The notes under the pieces: model-generated
Told to the model about the DNA's origin: nothing
Database searches by the model: none
The model's input: the letters and a program-made list of their open reading frames with translations, nothing else
Position numbers and translations under genes: made by a program
Shown here: positions 51,501-63,500 of the stretch, piece after piece
Position numbering within the stretch: the first letter of the stretch is position 1
Layout of the letters: each line of letters starts with the position of its first letter
Source: Caecitellus pseudoparvulus
Lineage: Eukaryota; Protista; Bigyra: Bicosoecida
Assembly: GCA_965644315.1 (NCBI GenBank)
Contig: CBFFRQ010000020.1
Coordinates: forward strand, 186,001 to 250,000
Direction: 5' to 3'
DNA length: 64,000 nt

Positions 51501-54500
51501 CCCACTCTTCTGAGATCCATCCTCTGACCCAGCTGAAATAGAGCCAGACTCAGATGAGGAGCCTGTCGTGGCACGAACCTGCCCTGTGATACTACCGGCG
51601 CCTGTCGCAAGCACAACCGCAGAAGGATCTGCTTCACCGTCGGCGGACATGATCAAATCCCCACTACTTACGTCGCCTACCCCAGACGCAAGGGTGGCAG
51701 ATCCACCTGCAACAATGCCGAGGCTCGACCCTTCTATGTCAATGGAGCCACCACCCACCGCACCACTGCCGACCGCCACCTGCACCGCACCGGACTCACT
51801 GCCCTCCCCACTCGTCATCATCACACCCCCTGACGAGCCACCAGAGCCGCCACTCTGCACACCCACGGCGCCCCCACTCGCCACACCCACACCACCTGCC
51901 CCGATCACCGTGACAGAGCCGCTGCTGCCCTCCAGAGCGCTGCCTGTGACCACCGCTAGAGCCCCCCCTGACCCACTCCCAGCAGCACCACTGCCAAACA
52001 CCACGCTGCCACTTGCTTCACCGCCTCCACTTAGCACCGTCACACCACCGCTGCCCGCTGCAGTACTGGACCCACTCCTGGTGCTGACAAGCCCGCTCGT
52101 GCCGTTCACACTTGACCCGCTGGACACCTCAACTGCAGAGCTTGCATCATCGCCCCCACCTCCACGCACCACGGCTCCCCCACCCACATCACCCCCACCA
52201 CCAGCCGCCAAAGCGTGACCACCGGCATGACTCTTGCTGGGTGCCACCATCATGTGCACGCTGGACCCAGCGCCAGTGATGGCGTTACCTGCAGCAAGTG
52301 TGATTGCACTGCCCTGCATGGCGACAACCCTTCCCTCCAATGCTGCACCATTGCTGCCATCCACCGACACCGCACTTCCGCTCACTACAGCATGCCCGCC
52401 ACTAATCTTCACTCGGCCAGTGTGTCCCATCGCATCGCCAGTTGCAATGAGCATGCCTCCAGCACCTGTGCCGCCTGTGCCTGTGTCGCCTGTCCTCACC
52501 TGCACTTTGCCAGATTGACGTGGCGCTGAGCCACTCTGCAAGCGTACAACACCAGACCTGTTTCCGGGCCCAGAAGATGCATATATCGTCCCTGCCTCAG
52601 TACTTGCAGATCCCACAACTAGATTCAACCCGCTTGATGTTGATGAGGCTGATCCAGACACGATGGAGAGCTCACCGCTTGAACCTGCTCCTGATGTACG
52701 CAAGCTAATGCCGCCAGAACGGCGCTCCCCGGTTCCCGATGCAACTTGCACGTGGCCTGATTTTCCTGTTCTTGCGGTGTTTTTCAGCGACCTCACAGCG
52801 ACCGCCCCTGAAGAAGTGTTGCCAGACAAATCAAGAGGAAACACAGCATTCTCTGCCTGCAACGCTGCAACCATGTCAATCGCCACTTTCGTTTGATCGA
52901 CTTCGTGAAAGTCTGGAAGAGAGAAGTTCTTGTCAGCAAACGACATATCATTGGCTTTGCGAACATACTCCGGGAGCACAGAGCTCACTTCCTGGGCGAT
53001 GAGCCCTCGAGTGGATTCGTCGCCGATCCCACGGACGCGACGCCACTCGGCCGTGAAGCGATACTGCTTGACCTTAAGTTTCAGGAGCTTCTGGCGTATG
53101 GCAAAAGGATCAACAGGCTCAATGTCTCTTTTGATGCGGCGATCTGAGAACGAGAATACCTGTGGAATATTGACGGGGATGTGTGACAAAAACTTGGACG
53201 GGAGAACACGTGCAACGGTCGAGCGATTAACAGCAAAGGATAGTGAGCTGGCACTGAGACTAGCCCGAGACAAACGTGCCTCCAAAACTTCACTTGAGAT
53301 GTTTGTCGATGATGACATTGACAAGGCTGCCATTCCACTGCCAAGTGTGATCAAACCAGCTCTGACTTCGACACTGCTTGTATGATTCGAGACAGCATGC
53401 ACATTCGTTTGCGAGGAAACCAATCCAGTTGACTGTAGCATGGCAGCTTTTGAAGCAAACCTAGCTGTCCCTGAGGTCATTCTCATAAAGCCGCCTCGGG
53501 CAAGCATGAGAGATGAGACAGCCTCAACACCGCCCCCTGACATTTCGAGCGTCCCAACAGCATTCACACCTTTCCCTGGCAAAAGTGAAACACGACGGGC
53601 GAAGGCCCCGAGTGTCGATGAAGAAGGCGATCGAATTGAAAGCAGACCAGCCGAAGCGGCGGAATCACCCACAATCAACGACACGCCCCCGCTGCCATGA
53701 CTCCCACTGCCGCTCCCCACATCCACGCCACCGGCCCCCACGACGCTCACCGCGCCACCCGCCACACTGATGCCGCCTGACTCAACACGCCCCGACCCAC
53801 TCTCATGTGCAACATCACCACCTGCCCCTGCCTTGCTGCCTCCACCTGCCACTTCGATCGCCGTGCCCCTCACATGCACACCTCTGCCGGACACTGCCAC
53901 ACCGCCCGGTCCATGAACGGCAGTACTGCCCCCCACAGCACCCCCACCACCTGCCACACTCACCAGACCACCCACAGCAGTCCCCGACCCACCCAACAGC
54001 CCCACATCACCCGATGCCGTCGACACTGACACATCGCCCGCTGCACTCGTGCCGCCCCCTGACAGCACTGACACGCCACCCTGGCCCTGCACTTGCATCT
54101 CCGTCTGCACTTGCACTTGCACGCTGCCGCTTGCGTGGGAGTCCGCTGAAGCAAGCGTGGACACTGCCACTGAGCCGGCTGGGCCTGCTGTGGAGCTGCC
54201 ACCAGCAACGTTGACACTTGCACCCGACAGCCCAACACCTTGCCCTGCCACGGTCATCGGCCCGCTGTGTGCGCCCTTGCTTGATCCAGACAGCTCTACT
54301 ATGCTCCCAGACTCTCGCAGTGCGTCCATCGTTGCGAAGTACACTTCTCCACTTTGTGGATGCCCCTTCCCCGAAGTGAGAACCAAAGACCCGCCGCTGA
54401 TGTCCGAACGCCCAGCGGCTACCTTGATGGCACCTGCGCTTTGTTGTGCTTGGCCAGTTTGAGCGGTGAGCCCCCCTGATCCAATCTCTGAGGCCTGTGT

Positions 54501-57500
54501 TTGGATGGACACTGCCCCACCTTCATCTGCAACGCCAACTCTAACGTGAATGGGGCCTGATTCAAGGTGCCCTTCACCACTCGCGAGCGTCATGTTCCCA
54601 CTTTGGTCCGCAGGGCCAGAACTGACCAGCATACCACCGGTTGCCGATGTACCGTCACCACTTCCAAGGAGAAGCACACCAGAATCCAACTTCCCAGTCC
54701 CGCTCTCTACCTCAACGTGTCCGGATGATGCAGCTGCACCTGAGGAGAGGCCCACATGGCCTGACTCTCCGGAGGCTGTGCTACCGCTTTCAGCAAACAG
54801 CACTCCACTTGACACCGTCGCCCCACCAGTCTGCACAGTGACAATCCCTGTTGCATCTGCATCCCTTGTGTACATGGCCACCGCGCCTGAAACATGCTGA
54901 GCTGACCCACCTGAGCGCGCCGACACAAGCCCAGATCCACGTGATGAGCTTGCCCCCGACGAAATCGTGGCCTCGGCCCCATGCGACTTGGAATCCTGGC
55001 CCTTGACTTCAACACTCCCAGTTGCTCCACTGGGGATTTCAGTGTGGCCACTCGACATGTGGACACCCCCACTTGCCCTTGTGCCAGTACCAGACTCCAG
55101 ACTGAGAATCCCTGAGCTTGAGACCGCCACATCACCGCCCCCGGAGCTAGAGTGAATAACAACCGAACCTGACGCAAACCTGGCATCCAGACTCTGCAAA
55201 GTCACATTACCATTCTTTGCTCTCACGCGAGCAATGCCACCAGAATTGCCTGCTTCTGCCTTCATAACAGTATCTGCACCCACCAGGGTCACTGCAGATC
55301 GGGAGCTGCCACTGCCAGCTTGCAACAGCACGTCGCCCGCCCCCCCCACACTGCTTCGAGCCTGCAAGGATGCGTGCCCACTCGCCCCTGAGCTACTAAC
55401 TGTCTCAATGCTCACGGGTGCTGCGCTACCAATGAGTGCAGACCCACCCACTCCCTCCGCTGACTCACCAGCACCAGCCACCACGCGCTCACCAGTGCCA
55501 GCCTCAAGCCCCACATCACCCCCCACCAAACCACTACCACCCGACACCTGCACAGTTGACCCCATACCAGCAAGCACGCTCACTGAGCCGCCCACAAGCC
55601 CATCGCCACCCTGCACACCGACAGCCCCTGCAACACCACCCCCACCTGCGCCCGACACCATGGCTACTGACCCGGCCTGTCCTCCCACGCTTCTCCCCCC
55701 CGCCACCGACACAGCACCATGGCCTCGACCAACCCTCGTGCTCACATCACCAGCACCCAGCACTCCCCCGCCACTGCCAATCGCCACAGCGCCAGACCTG
55801 CCCACAGCGCTGTCCCCGCTGCGCACATCCAAGGCCCCTGACGCCACACCACCACCTGACATGCCGGTGCCCAATGCCACACTGTCCCCGCCCTCAATGC
55901 TGACTGACCCACTCTGTTCGCTCAAGCTTGAGCCGCTCACAGTCAACACACTGCCTCCACGCACAGCTCGGCCACCACCACCAAGGACTCTGACCTCCGA
56001 CCCCGCCACACCAATGCTGCCGCCCTCCACACCCCCGCCAGCGGACACAGTCACATGGCCGGCTGTCGCCCCTTCCCCGCTCACAATGCGGGACTCCCCC
56101 CCATCATCACTGCCATCGCCTCCACCGACCCTGACACCTGCCGCACCAGCCAACTCCACACCACCCCCCTGACCCTGCCCACGCCCCGCCCCAACACCAA
56201 CACTCGACCCAGACAACACAACTGACCCCGACGCCAGGCTGCTTTGCCCAGCACCCACCATGATCGACCCTGCCGTGCTGCTTCCCTCGCCCACCCGCAT
56301 GGTCACATCCCCACTTGCACCTTGCCCGGCACCGCTCCCCAGCACAACACTGCCGGACAGCCCCCCATCACTTGCACTGCCGCTCCGCACCTGCACACGG
56401 CCACCTCCCCCATGCACAGACGCCCCTGCATGTACACTCACGGCGCCCCCAGCACTCCCCACCACACCGGCATCGCCACCCGCCCACCTCACACTGCCAC
56501 CAACGCCCCTCGCCGCCACGCCTCCCCTCATCGCTAGCCTGCCACCAACTCCTCCATCGCTGACACCGCTGGACACTGTGACACCCCCCCTTCCCACGAC
56601 ACGCACGTTGCCGCCGCTCCCTGCAGCGCCACCAGCAACGACACTGGAGCCACCACCAACACCTGCATCTGATGCTCCACCTGACACACCCACACTGCCT
56701 CCCACGATGCCCACCGCCCCTGCCCCTGTACCGCCATGGCCTGCTTGCACTGACAAGCCACCACTAGTGCCGTTCACACCCCTCCCGCTCACGACGCGCA
56801 CAGCCCCACTACCACCTGCACTGCTGCCGCTCCCCAGACTCGCTGCACCGCTGGACCCTCCTGAGCTGGAACCGCTGCCCAGTGTGACGCCCCCACTGGC
56901 CCCACTGCCGCTGCTACTCACCGTCACATTGCCTGACGCTCCATGCTCAGACCCACCAGCTACTGCACTCACACTGCCACCAATCACACTGCCATCACCA
57001 CCGACCAAGTGCAAGGCGCCACCACCCACCGCACCACTGCCGACCGCCACCTGCACCGCACCGGACTCACTGCCCTCCCCACTCGTCATCATCACACCCC
57101 CTGACGAGCCACCAGAGCCGCCACTCTGCACACCCACGGCGCCCCCACTCGCCACACCCACACCATCTGCCCCGATCACCGTGACAGAGCCGCTGCTGCC
57201 CTCCAGAGCGCTGCCTGTGACCACCGCTAGAGCCCCCCCTGACCCACTCCCAGCAGCACCACTGCCAAACACCACGCTGCCACTTGCTTCACCGCCTCCA
57301 CTTAGCACCGTCACACCACCGCTGCCCGCTGCAGTACTGGACCCACTCCTGGTGCTGACAAGCCCGCTCGTGCCGTTCACACTTGACCCGCTGGACACCT
57401 CAACTGCAGAGCTTGCATCATCGCCTCCACCTCCACGCACCACGGCTCCCCCACCCACATCACCCCCACCACCAGCCGCCAAAGCGTGACCACCGGCATG

Positions 57501-60500
57501 ATTCTTGCTGGGTGCCACCATCATGTGCACGTTGGACCCAGCGCCACTGATGGCGTTACCTGCAGCAAGTGTGATTGCACTGCCCTGCATGGCGACAACC
57601 CTTCCCTCCAATGCTGCACCATTGCTGCCATCCACCGACACCGCACTTCCGCTCACTACAGCATGCCCGCCACTAATCGTCACTCGACCAGTGTGTCCCA
57701 TCGCATCGCCAGTTGCAATGAGCATGCCTCCAGCACCTGTGCCGCCTGTGCCTGTGTCGCCTGTCCTCACCTGCACATTGCCAGATTGACGTGGCGCTGA
57801 GCCACTCTGCAAGCGTACAACACCAGACCTGTTCCCGGGCCCAGAAGATGCATATATCGTCCCTGCCTCAGTACGTGCAGATCCCACAACTAGATTCAAC
57901 CCGCTTGATGTTGATGAGGCTGATCCAGACACGATGGAGAGCTCACCGCTTGAACCTGCTCCTGATGTATGCAAGCTAATGCCGCCAGAACGGCGCTCCC
58001 CGGTTCCCGATGCAACTTGCACGTGGCCTGATTTTCCTGTTCTTGCGGTGTTTTTCAGCGACCTCACAGCGACCGCCCCTGAAGAAGTGTTGCCAGACAA
58101 ACCAAGAGGAAACACAGCATTCTCTGCCTGCAACGCTGCAACCATGTCGATCGCCACTTTCGTTTGATCGACTTCGTGAAAGTCTGGAAGAGAGAAGTTC
58201 TTGTCAGCAAACGACATATCATTGGCTTTGCGAACATACTCCGGGAGCACAGAGCTCACTTCCTGGGCGATGAGCCCTCGAGTGGATTCGTCGCCGATCC
58301 CACGGACGCGACGCCACTCGGCCGTGAAGCGATACTGCTTGACCTTAAGTTTCAGGAGCTTCTGGCGTATGGCAAAAGGATCAACAGGCTCAATGTCTCT
58401 TTTGATGCGGCGATCTGAGAACGAGAATACCTGTGGAATATTGACGGGGATGTGTGACAAAAACTTGGACGGGAGAACACGTGCAACAGTAGATCCTGCT
58501 GCAGCGAAATGAACCGATTCAGCTGCTGAAAGGTTCATCCTAAATGCTGCTACATGGAGTGGTTTATCTTGTGCGTAAACGCTTACTCCAGATGGCTGCA
58601 CACTAACAAAGGTGCTAGACGATGATACGTTTAGTGTGTTCGAACGAAATATAGCTCTGTCTCCAACAACATCAACATTTGAAGCTGAAAAAAGTCGAAC
58701 AAGTCCACCTACTTTGCCACCTCCCCCAGCCACACCAACCACGCTCCCACCACCAGCTACACGTGATGCCCCCGACTCAACCCCCACCACGCCACCGCCG
58801 CCAACCCGCACACCGCTTCCACCGGCCAACCGCAAGCCACCATCAGCATGTGTGCCTACGTCCACATTGCCTGCACCAACCACGCCTACTGACTGCCCAG
58901 CGAAAGACACCTCACCCCCAGCACCGCTGCCACTGGCCCCCCCGTGCACACGCACGGCACCACCCAAACCGCCCTCGGCGCGGCCCCCCCGCACGACTGC
59001 ATCGCCTGCGTGCACTGCAGCTGCACCGCTCTCAATGGACACGCCCCCGCTGCCATGACTCCCACTGCCGCTCCCCACATCCACGCCACCGGCCCCCACG
59101 ACGCTCACCGCGCCACCCGCCACACTGATGCCGCCTGACTCAACACGCCCCGACCCACTCTCATGTGCAACATCACCACCTGCCCCTGCCTTGCTGCCTC
59201 CACCTGCCACTTCGATCGCCGTGCCCCTCACATGCACACCTCTGCCGGACACTGCCACACCGCCCGGTCCATGAACGGCAGTACTGCCCCCCACAGCACC
59301 CCCACCACCTGCCACACTCACCAGACCACCCACAGCAGTCCCCGACCCACCCAACAGCCCCACATCACCCGATGCCGTCGACACTGACACATCGCCCGCT
59401 GCACTCGTGCCGCCCCCTGACAGCACTGACACGCCACCCTGGCCATGCACTTGCATCTCCGTCTGCACCTGCACTTGCACGCTGCCGCTTGCGTGGGAGT
59501 CCGCTGAAGCAAGCGTGGACACTGCCACTGAGCCGGCTGGGCCTGCTGTGGAGCTGCCACCAGCAACGTTGACACTTGCACCCGACATCCCAACACCTTG
59601 CCCTGCCACGGTCATAGGCCCGCTGTGTGCGCCCTTGCTTGATCCAGACAGCTCTACTATGCTCCCAGACTCTCGCAGTGCGTCCATCGTTGCGAGGTAC
59701 ACTTCTCCACTTTGTGGATGCCCCTTCCCCGAAGTGAGAACCAAAGACCCGCCGCTGATGTCCGAACGCCCAGCGGCTACCTTGATGGCACCTGCGCTTT
59801 GTTGTGCTTGGCCAGTTTGAGCGGTCAGCCCCCCTGATCCAATCTCTGAGGCCTGTGTTTGGATGGACACTGCCCCACCTTCATCTGCAACGCCAACTCT
59901 AATATGAATGGGGCCTGATTCAAGGTGCCCTTCACCACTCGCGAGCGTCATGTTCCCACTTTGGTCCGCAGGGCCAGAACTGACCAGCATACCACCGGTT
60001 GCCGATGTACCGTCACCACTTCCAAGGAGAAGCACACCAGAATCCAACTTCCCAGTCCCGCTCTCTACCTCAACGTGTCCGGATGATGCAGCTGCACCTG
60101 AGGAGAGGCCCACATGGCCTGACTCTCCGGAGGCTGTGCTACCGCTTTCAGCAAACAGCACTCCACTTGACACCGTCGCCCCACCAGTCTGCACAGTGAC
60201 AATCCCTGTTGCATCTGCATCCCTTGTGTACATGGCCACCGCGCCTGAAACATGCTGAGCTGACCCACCTGAGCGCGCCGACACAAGCCCAGATCCACGT
60301 GATGAGCTTGCCCCCGACGAAATCGTGGCCTCGGCCCCATGCGACTTGGAATCCTGGCCCTTGACTTCAACACTCCCAGTTGCTCCACTGGGGATTTCAG
60401 TGTGGCCACTCGACATGTGGACACCCCCACTTGCCCTTGTGCCAGTACCAGACTCCAGACTGAGAATCCCTGAGCTTGAGATCGCCACATCACCGCCCCC

Positions 60501-63500
60501 GGAGCTAGAGTGAATAGCAACCGAACCTGACGCAAACCTGGCATCCAGACTCTGCAAAGTCACATTACCATTCTTTGCTCTCACGCGAGCAATGCCACCA
60601 GAATTGCCTGCTTCTGCCTTCAGAACAGCATCTGCACCCACCAGGGTCACTGCAGATCGGGAGCTGCCACTGCCAGCTTGCAACAGCACGTCGCCCGCCC
60701 CCCCCACACTGCTTCGAGCCTGCAAGGATGCGTGCCCACTCGCCCCTGAGCTACTAACTGTCTCAATGCTCACGGGTGCTGCGCTACCAATGAGTGCAGA
60801 CCCACCCACTCCCTCCGCTGACTCACCAGCACCAGCCACCACGCGCTCACCAGTGCCAGCCTCAAGCCCCACATCACCCCCCACCAAACCACTACCACCC
60901 GACACCTGCACAGTTGACCCCATACCAGCAAGCACGCTCACTGAGCCGCCCACAAGCCCATCGCCACCCTGCACACCGACAGCCCCTGCAACACCACCCC
61001 CACCTGCGCCCGACACCATGGCTACTGACCCGGCCTGTCCTCCCACGCTTCTCCCCCCCGCCACCGACACAGCACCATGGCCTCGACCAACCCTCGTGCT
61101 CACATCACCAGCACCCAGCACTCCCCCGCCACTGCCAATCGCCACAGCGCCAGACCTGCCCACAGCGCTGTCCCCGCTGCGCACATCCAAGGCCCCTGAC
61201 GCCACACCACCACCTGACATGCCGGTGCCCAATGCCACACTGTCCCCGCCCTCAATGCTGACTGACCCACTCTGTTCGCTCGAGCTTGAGCCGCTCACAG
61301 CCAACACAGTACCTCCACGCACAGCTCGGCCACCACCACCAAGGACTCTGACCTCCGACCCCGCAACAGCAATGCTGCCGCCCTCCACACCCCCGCCAGC
61401 GGACACAGTCACATGGCCGGCTGTCGCCCCTTCCCCGCTCACAATGCGGGACTCCCCCCCATCATCACTGCCATCGCCTCCACCGACCCTGACACCTGCC
61501 GCACCAGCCAACTCCACACCACCCCCCTGACCCTGCCCACGCCCCGCCCCAACACCAACACTCGACCCAGACAACACAACTGACCCCGACGCCAGGCTGC
61601 TTTGCCCAGCACCCACCATGATCGACCCTGCCGTGCTGCTTCCCTCGCCCACCCGCATGGTCACATCCCCACTTGCACCTTGCCCGGCACCGCTCCCCAG
61701 CACAACACTGCCGGACAGCCCCCCATCACTTGCACTGCCGCTCCGCACCTGCACACGGCCACCTCCCCCATGCACAGATGCCCCTGCATGTACACTCACG
61801 GCGCCCCCAGCACTCCCCACCACACCGGCATCGCCACCCGCCCACCTCACACTGCCACCAACGCCCCTCGCCGCCACGCCTCCCCTCATCGCTAGCCTGC
61901 CACCAACTCCTCCATCGCTGACACCGCTGGACACTGTGACACCCCCCCTTCCCACGACACGCACGTTGCCGCCGCTCCCTGCAGCGCCACCAGCAACGAC
62001 ACTGGAGCCACCACCAACACCTGCATCTGATGCTCCACCTGACACACCCACACTGCCTCCCACGATGCCCACCGCCCCTGCCCCTGTACCGCCATGGCCT
62101 GCTTGCACTGACAAGCCACCACTAGTGCCGTTCACACCCCTCCCGCTCACGACGCGCACAGCCCCACTACCACCTGCACTGCTGCCGCTCCCCAGACTCG
62201 CTGCACCGCTGGACCCTCCTGAGCTGGAACCGCTGCCCAGTGTGACGCCCCCACTGGCCCCACTGCCGCTGCTACTCACCGTCACATTGCCTGACGCTCC
62301 ATGCTCAGACCCACCAGCTACTGCACTCACACTGCCACCAATCACACTGCCATCACCACCGACCAAGTGCAAGGCGCCACCACCCACCGCACCACTGCCG
62401 ACCGCCACCTGCACCGCACCGGACTCACTGCCCTCCCCACTCGTCATCATCACACCCCCTGACGAGCCACCAGAGCCGCCACTCTGCACACCCACGGCGC
62501 CCCCACTCGCCACACCCACACCATCTGCCCCGATCACCGTGACAGAGCCGCTGCTGCCCTCCAGAGCGCTGCCTGTGACCACCGCTAGAGCCCCCCCTGA
62601 CCCACTCCCAGCAGCACCACTGCCAAACACCACGCTGCCACTTGCTTCACCGCCTCCACTTAGCACCGTCACACCACCGCTGCCCGCTGCAGTACTGGAC
62701 CCACTCCTGGTGCTGACAAGCCCGCTCGTGCCGTTCACACTTGACCCGCTGGACACCTCAACTGCAGAGCTTGCATCATCGCCCCCACCTCCACGCACCA
62801 CGGCTCCCCCACCCACATCACCCCCACCACCAGCCGCCAAAGCGTGACCACCGCCCTGACTCCCGGCACCCGCCTCGACAGTCAAAGACTCTGCTTGCAT
62901 CTGCAAGGCACCGCCCGCGCCCTGGCTGGAGCCCACCATGAGCTTCGCGCCCCCCCCAGCAGACCCAAGCGACACGTCGCCCACTTGCCCACTTGCCAGC
63001 AGGACTGCCTCGCCAGCCACCAATGCCGACCCTGATGCCTGGACGCCGATGTCTCCGCTGCCTGCCACCCCTGTGCCGGTGTGCATGGCCAGTCCTCCGC
63101 TGCGCCCCGATGTGGCCACTCCGCTTGCCAACACAAGCGAGCTCCCACCTGCTTGGCTGCTGCCTGCCTGCGCTGCAACACGCCCACTCCTGCCCCCCGC
63201 CCCGCTGATGACAGCGACGCCGCCCCCCTTTGACATGCTCAATGCAAGGCTATCGCCCCCTTGCACCTCCACAGTGCCTGATGTAGTCTTGCCAGGGCCT
63301 GTGCCAATGCGCACCTGCCCACCCTGCCCGCTGGCCCCCGCTGAGCCAACTCCCACCTCCACGCGGCCACTTGAGCCACCAACTGAACCACCGTGCCCGC
63401 TCTCCAGTGTCAAGGCACCTGACCCTCTCGCGCCCTCGGCACTCGTCACTGATACCTCGCCTGTCGTCGCTTCCCGCCCTGACAAGGCTTCAGAGAACCT

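Larger units (their letters stand above)
51747..58487. repeat. Direct segmental duplication: 51747-53216 matches 57018-58487 (offset 5271 bp), includes the ICA domain
   Basis: Near-identical sequence and paired shadow ORFs (52234/57505, 52893/58164). The ~480-bp sub-block 51747-52225 also occurs at 57018-57495 and 62376-62853, giving three copies. Confidence 0.95.

Noticed and set aside
51747-62853. LTR or transposon interpretation of the long direct repeats; prophage tail gene interpretation of the S74 domains
   Set aside because: The duplicates are in-frame parts of the same ORF, and there are no transposase, integrase, RT or other phage genes, or terminal motifs, in the window.
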